From positions 29,275-93,274 of the forward strand of contig DATNOR010000076.1 in the NCBI GenBank assembly GCA_035601235.1: a stretch of DNA of 64,000 nucleotides. Reading direction: 5' to 3'. Made by a program: the position numbers and the translations under genes. Origin of the DNA: Gemmatimonadales bacterium. Lineage in GTDB: Bacteria > Gemmatimonadota > Gemmatimonadetes > Gemmatimonadales > GWC2-71-9. Under the pieces are notes generated by a model. That model worked only from the letters and a program-made list of their open reading frames with translations, was not told where the DNA came from and searched no databases. Shown here one piece after another: positions 43,806 through 52,727 of this stretch (the stretch's first letter is position 1; every line of letters begins with the position of its first letter).

Positions 43806-45097
43806 AGCTCCACACCAAGATCTTCGTTGGCCTGCTGGCCGGCGGGCTGTCCGGCCTCGCGGTCAACTGGGCGGCGAGCGGGGCGCCCTGGGTGAAGTGG
43901 GTCGACACGAACATCGCTGGCCCGCTGGGCCAGATCTTCCTGCGGCTCTTGCTGATGACCGTCGTGCCCCTCGTCTTCACGTCCATCACGCTCGGCGTGG
44001 CGCAACTCGGGGACATCCGTAGGGTCGGTCGCATTGGAGTGCGGTCGCTTGGCTACTTCTTTCTGTCGACGCTCATCTCCGCCGTGATCGGCATCGTGCT
44101 TGTCAATCTGGTACGCCCCGGCGTCGGTGTCCCCCTGGAGGTGCGCCAACAGCTGCTCGACGCCTATCGCGGGCAGGTCGCCGGTACCAGCGGCGGGGGC
44201 GCCCCCGGCTTTGGAGTCGATTTCTTCGTGAAAATCGTGCCGGCGAACCCGATCCAAGCGGCGGCGAATCTCGACATGCTCGGGATCATCTTCTTCGCGT
44301 TGGTCTTCGGCGCGGCGCTGACGCTGATCCCCGAAGAGAGAGCGCGGCCGCTGGTCCGGGTGCTCGACGCCGTCGGCGACGCGATCGCGAAGATCATCGG
44401 CCTGGCGATGCACCTCGCACCAGTCGGCGTGTTCGGGTTGATCTTCGTCGTCACGTCGCTCCTGGGATGGGACATCGTGCGAAAGTTGCTCAGCTACGTC
44501 CTCGTGGTGCTCACCGGATTGCTGATCCACGGTGCCGTGAGCCTGTCGTTGCTGGTCCGCTTTCTGGGGGGGCTAAACCCGCTCGTCTTCTGGCGTCGGA
44601 TAACGCCGAGCATCATCACGGCGTTCACGACCAGCTCGAGTAATGCGACGCTCCCGACGAACATCGCCGTTGCCGAGGAGGAGCTGAAGATCCCGCCCAA
44701 GATCGCGGGTTTCGTGTTGTCCCTTGGCTCCACCATGTGCCACAACGGGACGGCCTTGTATGAGGGCGTCACCGTGCTGTTTCTCGCGCAGTTGTTCGGT
44801 GTGAACCTCACGCTGGGCCAACAGGTAATCGCGATCGTGCTGAGCGTCATGACGGCGGCGGGCACGGCCGGCGTGCCAGGCGGCTCTCTGGCGCCCCTGA
44901 TGATCGTGTGTGTGGCGGTCGGCATCCCGCCCGAGGTGGTCGGAGTGGTCTACGGCGTCGAGCGCATCCTCGACATGAGCCGGACCACGCTCAACGTGTG
45001 TGGCGACCTCACCGCGGCCGTGTACGTCGCGAGAACGGAGAGCGACTGGGATCCCCGGGCCGTCACGGGTGACGTGGGGTTGGCGCCGGCGGCCTAG
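43802..45097 (+). CDS. Dicarboxylate/amino acid:cation symporter (DAACS family)
   Basis: GTG 43802 overlaps the previous stop (GTGA). Contains TSSSNATLP and CGDLTAAVYVA. Confidence 0.9.
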   Translation: MKLHTKIFVGLLAGGLSGLAVNWAASGAPWVKWVDTNIAGPLGQIFLRLLLMTVVPLVFTSITLGVAQLGDIRRVGRIGVRSLGYFFLSTLISAVIGIVLVNLVRPGVGVPLEVRQQLLDAYRGQVAGTSGGGAPGFGVDFFVKIVPANPIQAAANLDMLGIIFFALVFGAALTLIPEERARPLVRVLDAVGDAIAKIIGLAMHLAPVGVFGLIFVVTSLLGWDIVRKLLSYVLVVLTGLLIHGAVSLSLLVRFLGGLNPLVFWRRITPSIITAFTTSSSNATLPTNIAVAEEELKIPPKIAGFVLSLGSTMCHNGTALYEGVTVLFLAQLFGVNLTLGQQVIAIVLSVMTAAGTAGVPGGSLAPLMIVCVAVGIPPEVVGVVYGVERILDMSRTTLNVCGDLTAAVYVARTESDWDPRAVTGDVGLAPAA

Positions 45098-45124
45098 TAG
45101 GGGCGGGGCATGCTGCGCCCCTAC
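45097..45124. repeat. REP-like palindrome copy 2, GTAGGGGCGGGGCATGCTGCGCCCCTAC; bidirectional terminator candidate
   Basis: Differs from the 39356-39383 core at 2 positions. Its ends include the last base (G, 45097) of the TAG stop of the + gene (45095-45097) and the whole TAG stop of the convergent - gene (45121-45123). Confidence 0.65.
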
Positions 45125-46035
45125 ACGAGTTCAGCCGCGAGCTTCAGGGCCCCGATCGCCGCATCGATCCGCTCGGGCACGAGTCGCGCCCGCTTGAAGT
45201 CGGCGGCGAGCCGATCGCGGAACGCGGCGGTGAGCGGAGACTGCGGCAGCAGCAGGCCGCCAGTGATCGCGACGGGGACGGGGCTCGTCGCGGGGAAATG
45301 GCGCCCCAGCATCACGACCAGCTGCACGAGCTCACGCGCTGCTTCGTCCACGGCCCGCTGCGCGACCACTTCGCCCTCCCGGGCGGCGTTGAGCACATGC
45401 GGCGCGAGCGCCGCCACCTGGGCCGGCGTCGCCGTCGCCGTCCAACGCACCAGGTCGTCGAACTGTTGCAGGCCGAGGGCCGCAAGCAGCCGCGCCAGCA
45501 GGGTCGAGCCCTCGCCCCGGCCGTCATGTGCTCTCCCCGCCAGGTCGAGCGCGCGGCGACCGAGCCAGTAGCCGCCGCCTTCATCGCCGAGCTGCCACCC
45601 GTACCCGCCCGCGCGGTGAATCTCCCCGTCCGGCACGCGCGCGTACGCAATCGAGCCGGTGCCGGCGTTTACGAGCACGCCGGGGCCGCGCGCGAATGCC
45701 GTAGTCAGGGCCACCTCGCCATCGGCGAGCACCCGCACCCGGCGCGCGACGCCGGCGTCCACCAGCGCCGCTTCGAGCTCCGCCTGCTCCTGCCGCCGCC
45801 CGGCGCCGGCCGCGCCGACCACGGCCGCGTCGCCCGGGAGCGCGACGCCGGCCTGGGCCGCCGCCCGGCGGGCGGTCTCCACCAGCACCGCAGCGGATCG
45901 GGCCGCTCCCGCCGGCCGCATGGCCGCACCCGGCCCGTCCGCGCGGCCGAGGATCTGCGCCGGCGACCCGAGGACGACGGTGGTATGGGAGCCACCGGCG
46001 TCGGCACCGAGAAAGACGGCGGACGGCGGAGTCAC
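45121..46035 (-). CDS. BadF/BadG/BcrA/BcrD-type ATPase, N-acetylglucosamine-kinase-like
   Basis: GTG 46035 overlaps the upstream symporter stop (GTGA). Contains FLGADAGGSHT, VNAGTGSIAY and WQLGDEGGGYWLG. Confidence 0.8.
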   Translation of the reverse strand: MTPPSAVFLGADAGGSHTTVVLGSPAQILGRADGPGAAMRPAGAARSAAVLVETARRAAAQAGVALPGDAAVVGAAGAGRRQEQAELEAALVDAGVARRVRVLADGEVALTTAFARGPGVLVNAGTGSIAYARVPDGEIHRAGGYGWQLGDEGGGYWLGRRALDLAGRAHDGRGEGSTLLARLLAALGLQQFDDLVRWTATATPAQVAALAPHVLNAAREGEVVAQRAVDEAARELVQLVVMLGRHFPATSPVPVAITGGLLLPQSPLTAAFRDRLAADFKRARLVPERIDAAIGALKLAAELV

Positions 46036-47465
46036 GCGGGGAGTGTACGCTGTCCGACGAGCGACGAAACCATGCCTACCAGCACCGTCACCGCCGTCCC
46101 CAGCGGCACGTACCACGGCCAGGCGAGCCCCGGCAGCAGGCGCCACGGCACGCCGAGCACGACGGGGGTCATGACGAGCACGCTCGCGATGATCGCCACG
46201 ATGACGTCGCGCTGGCGCGCCCGCGGCCACCATCCGCCCAGCAGATAGGTGCCGAGCAGGGCGCCGTAGGTGATCGACGCGACGCTCAGGGCGAGCTGCA
46301 CGACGGGCGTGTTCTGATTGCGGAACGCCATCGCGCCCGCGACCAGCACCCCCGTCCACAGCAGGGTGAGCCAGCGGCCCACCCACAGCAGGTGTATCGG
46401 CTCCTGGCGCCGCGCGAGCGGCGCGTAGAAATCGTGCGTGGACGCCGAGGCGAGTGAGTTGACGGCCGACGCGTGGCTGCTCATGGCCGCGGCCAGAATG
46501 CCCGCGACGACGAGCCCCGCAAGCCCGGCCGGGAGCCGCGTGATCACGAAGCTCGGGTAGATGGCGTCACTCCGGCCGCCCTGATCCGCGCCCGCGAGCC
46601 ACAGGCTCGTGCCCACGAGCAGGAACAGCGCGAACTGGACGATGATGAACGCGCCCGATCCGATGAGGGCGCGCTGTGCGTCCTTGAGCCCGCGTGCGGC
46701 GAGCAGACGCTGCACGATCAAATGGTCGGTGCCGTGCGAGGCGCCGGCGAGCAGTGCTCCGCCCAGGACTCCGCCCCAGAACGTGTACAGCACCTTGAAC
46801 GAAGGTGTGAAGTCCAGTGTCACGAGCTTTCCGGCATCCCAGGCGCGGGCGAATGCACCGGCGCCTCCCGCGAGCCGGGTCGCGACGACGAGCGTCGCCA
46901 CACCGCCCAGCAGATACACGCCCAGCTGGATCACGTCCACCCACACGACGGCCCGCAGCCCGCCCACCCACGTGTAAATCACGGTGACGAGGCCGATGGC
47001 CAGGATGCCGGCCGGCAGGCTCCAGTGCGTGATGATCGCGAGCGGGATGGCCGTGGCGAAGATCCGCACGCAGTCGGCGAGCGCGCGCGTGAGCAGAAAC
47101 ACGCCCGACGCGGCGCGTCGCGCTCCGGGGCCGAAGCGGTGCTCCAGCCGCTGATAGGCGGTGTCCTGGGTGCCTTCGAAATAGCCGGGGAGTAGCAGCG
47201 CGGCGACCCCGATCCGCCCCGCGAGGTAGCCGAACGCGAGTTGCAGGAAGGTGAGATCGCCGCGGGCCGCGATGCCGGGGATCGAGATCACCGTGAGAGC
47301 CGACGTTTCGGTGGCCACGATGGACAGCATGATGGCCCACCAGGGGAGCCCGCGGTGGCCGAGGAAATAATCGCTCGCGTCGCGCTGGCGCCCCGACAGC
47401 ACCAGGCCGAAGACGACGACGGCGGCGCAGTAGGCCGCGATGACGGCTACGTCGAGCGGGCGCAC
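46032..47465 (-). CDS. Sodium:solute symporter (SSS) family transporter
   Basis: GTG 47465. Contains SDYFLGHRGLPWWAIMLSIVATETSALT. About 13 TM segments. Confidence 0.85.
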   Translation of the reverse strand: MRPLDVAVIAAYCAAVVVFGLVLSGRQRDASDYFLGHRGLPWWAIMLSIVATETSALTVISIPGIAARGDLTFLQLAFGYLAGRIGVAALLLPGYFEGTQDTAYQRLEHRFGPGARRAASGVFLLTRALADCVRIFATAIPLAIITHWSLPAGILAIGLVTVIYTWVGGLRAVVWVDVIQLGVYLLGGVATLVVATRLAGGAGAFARAWDAGKLVTLDFTPSFKVLYTFWGGVLGGALLAGASHGTDHLIVQRLLAARGLKDAQRALIGSGAFIIVQFALFLLVGTSLWLAGADQGGRSDAIYPSFVITRLPAGLAGLVVAGILAAAMSSHASAVNSLASASTHDFYAPLARRQEPIHLLWVGRWLTLLWTGVLVAGAMAFRNQNTPVVQLALSVASITYGALLGTYLLGGWWPRARQRDVIVAIIASVLVMTPVVLGVPWRLLPGLAWPWYVPLGTAVTVLVGMVSSLVGQRTLPA

Positions 47466-47480
47466 CGGCGCGGAGGAGCA

Positions 47481-47507
47481 ACAAAAAGCCCGCGCCGTGC
47501 GCGGGCT
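47481..47507 (-). terminator. Rho-independent terminator of the iscA/erpA-like gene
   Basis: On the minus strand, a 9-bp stem AGCCCGCGC/GCGCGGGCT (47487-47495 / 47499-47507, 3-nt loop) is followed by TTTTTGTTG. Confidence 0.65.
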
Positions 47508-47538
47508 CGGACATCCGATGGGAGGAGGGGCAACCGCC

Positions 47539-47898
47539 TCAGACCGTGAAAGACGATCCGCAGCCGCAGCCGCCGGTGGCGTTCGGGTTTTCGAAGGCGA
47601 ACCCGGACTCCTGGAAGTTGCTCTTGTAGTCCAGGGTCACGCCGTTCAGGTGCTGCGCGCTGAACCCGTCGACGAAGCAGCGCACGCCGGCGCTCTCGAT
47701 GACGATGTCGTCATCGGCGGGCTTGTCCTCGATGCTGAGGCTGTACTTGAAGCCCGAGCACCCGCCCGGCAGCACGCCGATGCGCAGCCCGGCGGTCTCG
47801 GGGGACACCTTCTCCTCCGCCATGAACTTGCGCACCTCGACCGCCGCCTTGTCGGTCAGGGTCAGGGTGATGGGAGCCGAACGTTGCGTCGTCGCCAT
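47539..47898 (-). CDS. Iron-sulfur cluster insertion/assembly protein (HesB/IscA/ErpA family)
   Basis: ATG 47898 behind GGAGG. Contains GGCSGFKY and the C-terminal GGCGCGSSF. Confidence 0.9.
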   Translation of the reverse strand: MATTQRSAPITLTLTDKAAVEVRKFMAEEKVSPETAGLRIGVLPGGCSGFKYSLSIEDKPADDDIVIESAGVRCFVDGFSAQHLNGVTLDYKSNFQESGFAFENPNATGGCGCGSSFTV

Positions 47899-47976
47899 TG
47901 CGATCCTCCAGTCACATGCGAAGTTAGAAAGTCCCGACGGCCCTGTCAACTCTCGCTCCGCGAGGCCCGCGCGCTC

Positions 47977-49758
47977 ATGCGACTTACGCTCGCCGATTGG
48001 TTGGTCGTCGCCCTGTATTTCCTGTTCAACATCGCGGTCGGCCTCTACTACAAGCGGCGGGCCGGCAAGAGCACCGCGGAATACTTTCTTTCCGGCCGCA
48101 ATGTTCCGTGGTGGCTCGCCGGCACGTCGATGGTCGCCACGACGTTCGCCGCCGACACCCCGCTCGTCGTCACCGGCTTCGTGGCGCGCAACGGCATCGC
48201 GGGCAACTGGCTGTGGTGGAACCTGCTCGCGAGCGGCATGCTCACCGTGTTCTTCTACGCCCGGCTGTGGCGTCGCGCCGGTGTGATGACCGACATCGAG
48301 TTTTCGGAGATCCGCTACAGCGGTCCACCGGCCGCGTTCTTACGCGGGTTCCGAGCGGTCTACCTGGGTCTGCTCATCAACTGCATCATCCTCGGCTGGG
48401 TGAACCTCGCGATGGCGAAGATTCTCGGGCTGGTGTTCGGCATCTCGAAGGGGCAGGCCTTGTGGATCGTGGTCGGGATGATCCTGCTCACCTCCGCGAT
48501 CTCGACGCTGTCGGGGCTATGGGGCGTGCTCGTGACCGACCTGTTTCAGTTCATTATCAAGATGGGGATGGTGATCGTGCTGGCGGTGTTCGCTGTGAAC
48601 GCCGTGGGCGGCATCGAGGCGATGCGGGTCAAGCTGGCGGCAATCGATCAAGTGCGCGGCGCCACCGCCGGCGGCCAGGGATCGGTGCTCGATTTCGTGC
48701 CCGACCTCGGCTCGGCGTGGATGCCGATGATCACGTTCTTCGTCTACATCGGCGTGAACTGGTGGGCCACGTCGTACCCCGGGGCCGAGCCCGGCGGCGG
48801 CGGCTACGTCGCGCAACGGATGTTGAGCGCGAAGGACGAGAAGCATTCCCTGCTCGCCACCCTGTGGTTCAACATCGCGCACTATGCCGTGCGGCCCTGG
48901 CCCTGGATCCTGGTGGCGCTCGCCTCGCTGATCTTGTTCCCCAACCTCAAGGACCCGGAGACGGGCTACGTGCGGGTGATGATCGACTACCTGCCCTCGT
49001 CGCTCCGCGGCCTCATGGTCGCCGCGTTCGCGGCGGCTTTCATGTCGACGATCGCGACGCAGCTCAACTGGGGCGCGAGCTACCTCGTGAACGATTGCTA
49101 TCGACGCTTCCTGCGCCGGCAGGATAGCGAGGCGCACTACGTCCTGGCGTCGCGAGTTGTGACGGGCCTGCTCACCGTGGTCTCGGCCGCGGTCGCGTTC
49201 CGCATCGAGTCGATCGGCGGTGCCTGGAAACTGCTGATCATCACCGGGGCTGGAACCGGGGCGGTGCTGCTGCTGCGCTGGTACTGGTGGCGGATCAATG
49301 CCTGGAGTGAAATCTCGGCGATGATCGCCGCGTTCGTTGTGTCGGTCCTGTTGCAGACCGTGTGGGGGCTCGACAGCGATCGGCCCCTCGACTTCGCGCA
49401 CATCGTGCTCATCACGGTCGCCGTCACGACCGCGGTGTGGCTCGCGGTCACCTTCCTGACGCGCCCCGAGTCCGACGCGACCCTCGTCGCGTTCTACCGC
49501 CGCACCCGGCCGTCGCGCACGGGGTGGGGGCCCGTCGCCGCGCGGGCGCCCGACGTGCAGCCGTCGCGCGACGGGCTCGCCAATCTGCTGGACTGGGTAG
49601 CCGGGTGCGTGCTGGTGTACGGCGCACTGTTCGGCGTCGGCAAGCTGCTGTTGCACGACACGGTGCCGGGCCTGCTGCTGCTCGCGCTCAGCGGCGTCGC
49701 GGGCGCCGTCATCTACCGCGACTTGTCACGCCGCGGGTGGAGTACGGTCGTAGAGTGA
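47977..49758 (+). CDS. Sodium:solute symporter (SSS) family transporter, 593 aa
   Basis: ATG 47977 (the track ORF starts far upstream at 47440). Contains AEYFLSGRNVPWWLAGTSMVATTFAADTP. Confidence 0.85.
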   Translation: MRLTLADWLVVALYFLFNIAVGLYYKRRAGKSTAEYFLSGRNVPWWLAGTSMVATTFAADTPLVVTGFVARNGIAGNWLWWNLLASGMLTVFFYARLWRRAGVMTDIEFSEIRYSGPPAAFLRGFRAVYLGLLINCIILGWVNLAMAKILGLVFGISKGQALWIVVGMILLTSAISTLSGLWGVLVTDLFQFIIKMGMVIVLAVFAVNAVGGIEAMRVKLAAIDQVRGATAGGQGSVLDFVPDLGSAWMPMITFFVYIGVNWWATSYPGAEPGGGGYVAQRMLSAKDEKHSLLATLWFNIAHYAVRPWPWILVALASLILFPNLKDPETGYVRVMIDYLPSSLRGLMVAAFAAAFMSTIATQLNWGASYLVNDCYRRFLRRQDSEAHYVLASRVVTGLLTVVSAAVAFRIESIGGAWKLLIITGAGTGAVLLLRWYWWRINAWSEISAMIAAFVVSVLLQTVWGLDSDRPLDFAHIVLITVAVTTAVWLAVTFLTRPESDATLVAFYRRTRPSRTGWGPVAARAPDVQPSRDGLANLLDWVAGCVLVYGALFGVGKLLLHDTVPGLLLLALSGVAGAVIYRDLSRRGWSTVVE

Positions 49759-49767
49759 GCGCGCCGG

Positions 49768-50976
49768 CTACAGCTCGGGGTGGGTGAGCGCGTCGGCCAC
49801 GAGGTCCGCCACCTGCGACCGGACGTGGAGGATCGCAACGTTGGCGCGCGTGGGATTGACGCGGTTCGTGAGCAGGATGATGAACAGATCGCGCTCGGGG
49901 TCCATCCAGATCGACGTTCCCGTGAAGCCGGTATGCCCGAACGCGCGGCGCGACAGCTTGGTCCCGGCGCTCGAGTATCCGGAGTCGGAGGGTGTGTCCC
50001 AGCCGAGGGCACGCGTCGAGCCCGCCGGGAGGTTCTGACGCGCGGTGAACTCCGCGACGGTCTCGGCGCGGATCAGCTGCAGCGTGTCCCAGGCGCCGCC
50101 GTTCAACAGCATTGCCGCGAAGCGCGACAGATCGAGGGCGTTCGAGAACAGCCCGGCGTTCCCCGACACGCCGCCCAGGCGCGCCGCACTCTCGTCGTGC
50201 ACCTCTCCCACGAGCAGGCGATGGCGGAACACGGTGTCGTTCTCGGTGGGCGCGATACGGTCCCGCCACGCCGCTGGGGGCAGGAACCGGGTCGCGGGCA
50301 TGCCCAGCGGTCCGAACACGCGCCTGGCGAGGAAACGGTCCAGCGCCTCACCGGTGATCCGCTCGACTGCCTGCATCAGGACGATGGCGCTCAAGTCGGA
50401 GTAGCGGTACGTCACGCCGGGTGGGGAGAGCAGGGTGGTCGTATCCACGGCGTGGAGCGCCGCGGCGCGCGTGGCCGTCGAGTCGTAGAGCGGCAAGTCC
50501 GCGGCCAGGCCGGCGGAATGGGTGAGCAGGTGGCGGATCGTGACGCGGTCCTTCATGGGCCCGGTGAACTCGGGCACATAGCGCTGTACCGGCGCATCGA
50601 GCGCGAGCTTTCCTTCGTCCACCAGCAGCATGCACGCGGTGGTCAGCGCGACGACCTTGGTGAGCGAGGCGAGGTCGTAGATCGTGCCCGCCTGTGCGGG
50701 GCGGTGGTCGCTCACGGCGTAGAACCCCACGGGTGCGAGCAGCGCCAGACGGCCGTGTCGTCCGACCGCCAGGACGGCGCCCGGAAACGCGCCGCTGTCG
50801 ACTTCGGCCCGGAGGTAGGCGAGCACGCCCGCCAGGCGCGTGCTGTCGAAGCCGAGGGATGCGGGTGCGGCGGCCGGGATAGCGGCGCTCACCGGCGGGG
50901 GCGGTGCCGCCGCGCCGCGGCAGGCGCCGGCGAGCCCTCCGACCCAGACGACCGCCAGCGCGGCCCGCGCCGTCAC
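49768..50976 (-). CDS. Beta-lactamase-family serine hydrolase lipoprotein (AmiE/AmpH-like)
   Basis: GTG 50976 overlaps the nagZ-like stop (GTGA). Signal MTARAALAVVWVGGLAGAC. SxxK motif in DLASLTKVV. Contains HLLTHSAGL and GHTGFTGTS. Confidence 0.85.
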   Translation of the reverse strand: MTARAALAVVWVGGLAGACRGAAAPPPPVSAAIPAAAPASLGFDSTRLAGVLAYLRAEVDSGAFPGAVLAVGRHGRLALLAPVGFYAVSDHRPAQAGTIYDLASLTKVVALTTACMLLVDEGKLALDAPVQRYVPEFTGPMKDRVTIRHLLTHSAGLAADLPLYDSTATRAAALHAVDTTTLLSPPGVTYRYSDLSAIVLMQAVERITGEALDRFLARRVFGPLGMPATRFLPPAAWRDRIAPTENDTVFRHRLLVGEVHDESAARLGGVSGNAGLFSNALDLSRFAAMLLNGGAWDTLQLIRAETVAEFTARQNLPAGSTRALGWDTPSDSGYSSAGTKLSRRAFGHTGFTGTSIWMDPERDLFIILLTNRVNPTRANVAILHVRSQVADLVADALTHPEL

Positions 50977-52727
50977 GGCTGTGAGTCGGGAATCACGACC
51001 CCCCAGCCGAGCGGATAGGCCGGCGGGATCCGGATCGGGAGGTGTCCGGTGATCGGAACCTTCCCGAGCACGGCGAGCGCCGCGGCACGCTCCGACGCCC
51101 GCACGCCGCTCCATGCCACGAGATACGACTTCACCGTGGGCGCCTGGCCCAACAAATACGGGCTGCCGAGCGAGACGAGGACGGTAGGGCGGGCGGAATC
51201 GGTGGCGGTGATCAGGGCGGCGAGCGAGTCGGGGAGAGCGATGGTGCCGCGGCCGGACAGCGGGCGCACGTTGGCGGCGAACACCGTCGCCGGTGCCCGC
51301 GCGATCACGGCGCGCGCGGAGTCGTACGAGAGCGTGCCCGACATCGGCCACAGGCGGAAATACTCGACCGTGTCGCCGCCCTGGCGCAGCAGCTGAGCCA
51401 TGGTCTGCCCCACGCCCCCGTTGTTCTCGTCGGCGTAGGCGATCAACGCGAGGCGGCCGCGGTGGGCGCGCAGCGCGTGCAGCCGTCCGCCCATATCGCG
51501 CACCAGGGCCAGGGCGCGCACCGCGAGGTCGTTCGCCTGGTCCTGGAAACGCCGGGCGCCGACCACGAGCATGATCGAATCGAGCGACACCGTGCGCGCC
51601 TGGAACAGCCCGATCCGACGCTTGATCTCGAGCACGCGGCGCACCGATTGCTCGAGTCGCTGCGGGGTGATTCGACCGGTCGCCACGGCCGTCGTCATCG
51701 CGGCGATCGCGGAATCGGGGTCGGCCGGCATCAACAGCAGGTCGGAGCCCGCGAGAAACGCGCGCACGGTGGCCTCCCCGGCGCCATACTTCGCCACGAT
51801 GGCGCCCATCGTCAGCGCGTCGGTCACCACCAGGCCCGGAAAACGCAGTGAGTCGCGCAGCAAGCCGGTGAGCACGGCGGCCGAGAGGGTACCCGGCTCG
51901 TCCGAGCCCGTGAAGGCGGGGAAGGCGATGTGGGCGCTCATCACCACGTCCGCCCCGGCGGCGATCCCAGCGCGGAACGGCACGAGCTCGATCGAGTCGA
52001 GCCGCGCGTACCCCGACGGAATTAACGGGAGACCGATGTGCGAGTCGATCTGGGTGTCGCCGTGACCGGGAAAATGCTTGAGGGTGGCGAGCATGCCGTG
52101 GTCGTGCAGGCCGCGCACGTATTCGGTCACGAGCCGCGACACGGTGCGCGGGTCCTCCCCGAACGAGCGGATGTTGATGATCGGGTTGGCGGGATTGTTG
52201 TTGACATCCGCGTCGGGCGCGAAATTGACGTGGATGCCGACCGCGCGGCCTTCGGCGGCCGCGGCGGCCCCGATGGTATAGGCGTCCCGGGGGTCGCCGG
52301 TGGCTCCGACGGCCATGATCTGTGGGAATGCCGTGGCGCCCACCACCCGCATCGCGGCGCCCCATTCGAGGTCCGCCGAGACGAGCAGGGGCAGGCGGGA
52401 GCGCCGCTGCAGGGCGTTCAGCTTGGCCGCGATGTCGAACGGCGACCCGACGGAGATGATCAGGCCGCCCACCTCGAGGGAGTCGACCCAGCGCGCCGCG
52501 ACTTGGAAAAGCGAATCGTCCAGCGCGGTGTAGCTTCCCAGGAGCCAGGGAACGACGAGCTGGCCCACGCGCTGCCGGACCGTGAGCGCGGCGAAGATGG
52601 AGTCGGCGGAGACCGACGTCGAGGGCCGGGGGCCGGGGGCGGGGGCGGGGGCGGGGATCGGCCTCGCCGCGTGTCCGCTGGCACAGCCGAGCACCGCCGT
52701 CACGATCAGGAGTCTATGCGCCCGCAT
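50973..52727 (-). CDS. nagZ: Glycoside hydrolase family 3 beta-N-acetylhexosaminidase-like lipoprotein
   Basis: ATG 52727. Lipobox AVLGCASG. Contains VSADLEWG and KHFPGHGDTQIDSH, with an additional C-terminal domain. Confidence 0.85.
   Translation of the reverse strand: MRAHRLLIVTAVLGCASGHAARPIPAPAPAPGPRPSTSVSADSIFAALTVRQRVGQLVVPWLLGSYTALDDSLFQVAARWVDSLEVGGLIISVGSPFDIAAKLNALQRRSRLPLLVSADLEWGAAMRVVGATAFPQIMAVGATGDPRDAYTIGAAAAAEGRAVGIHVNFAPDADVNNNPANPIINIRSFGEDPRTVSRLVTEYVRGLHDHGMLATLKHFPGHGDTQIDSHIGLPLIPSGYARLDSIELVPFRAGIAAGADVVMSAHIAFPAFTGSDEPGTLSAAVLTGLLRDSLRFPGLVVTDALTMGAIVAKYGAGEATVRAFLAGSDLLLMPADPDSAIAAMTTAVATGRITPQRLEQSVRRVLEIKRRIGLFQARTVSLDSIMLVVGARRFQDQANDLAVRALALVRDMGGRLHALRAHRGRLALIAYADENNGGVGQTMAQLLRQGGDTVEYFRLWPMSGTLSYDSARAVIARAPATVFAANVRPLSGRGTIALPDSLAALITATDSARPTVLVSLGSPYLLGQAPTVKSYLVAWSGVRASERAAALAVLGKVPITGHLPIRIPPAYPLGWGVVIPDSQP

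Noticed and set aside
49768-52365. Single 865-aa ORF suggesting one giant serine-hydrolase protein
   Set aside because: The beta-lactamase-family gene starts at GTG 50976 with its own lipoprotein signal. The region upstream in that frame overlaps the GH3 gene, which is read in another frame. The long ORF exists only because stop codons are absent.
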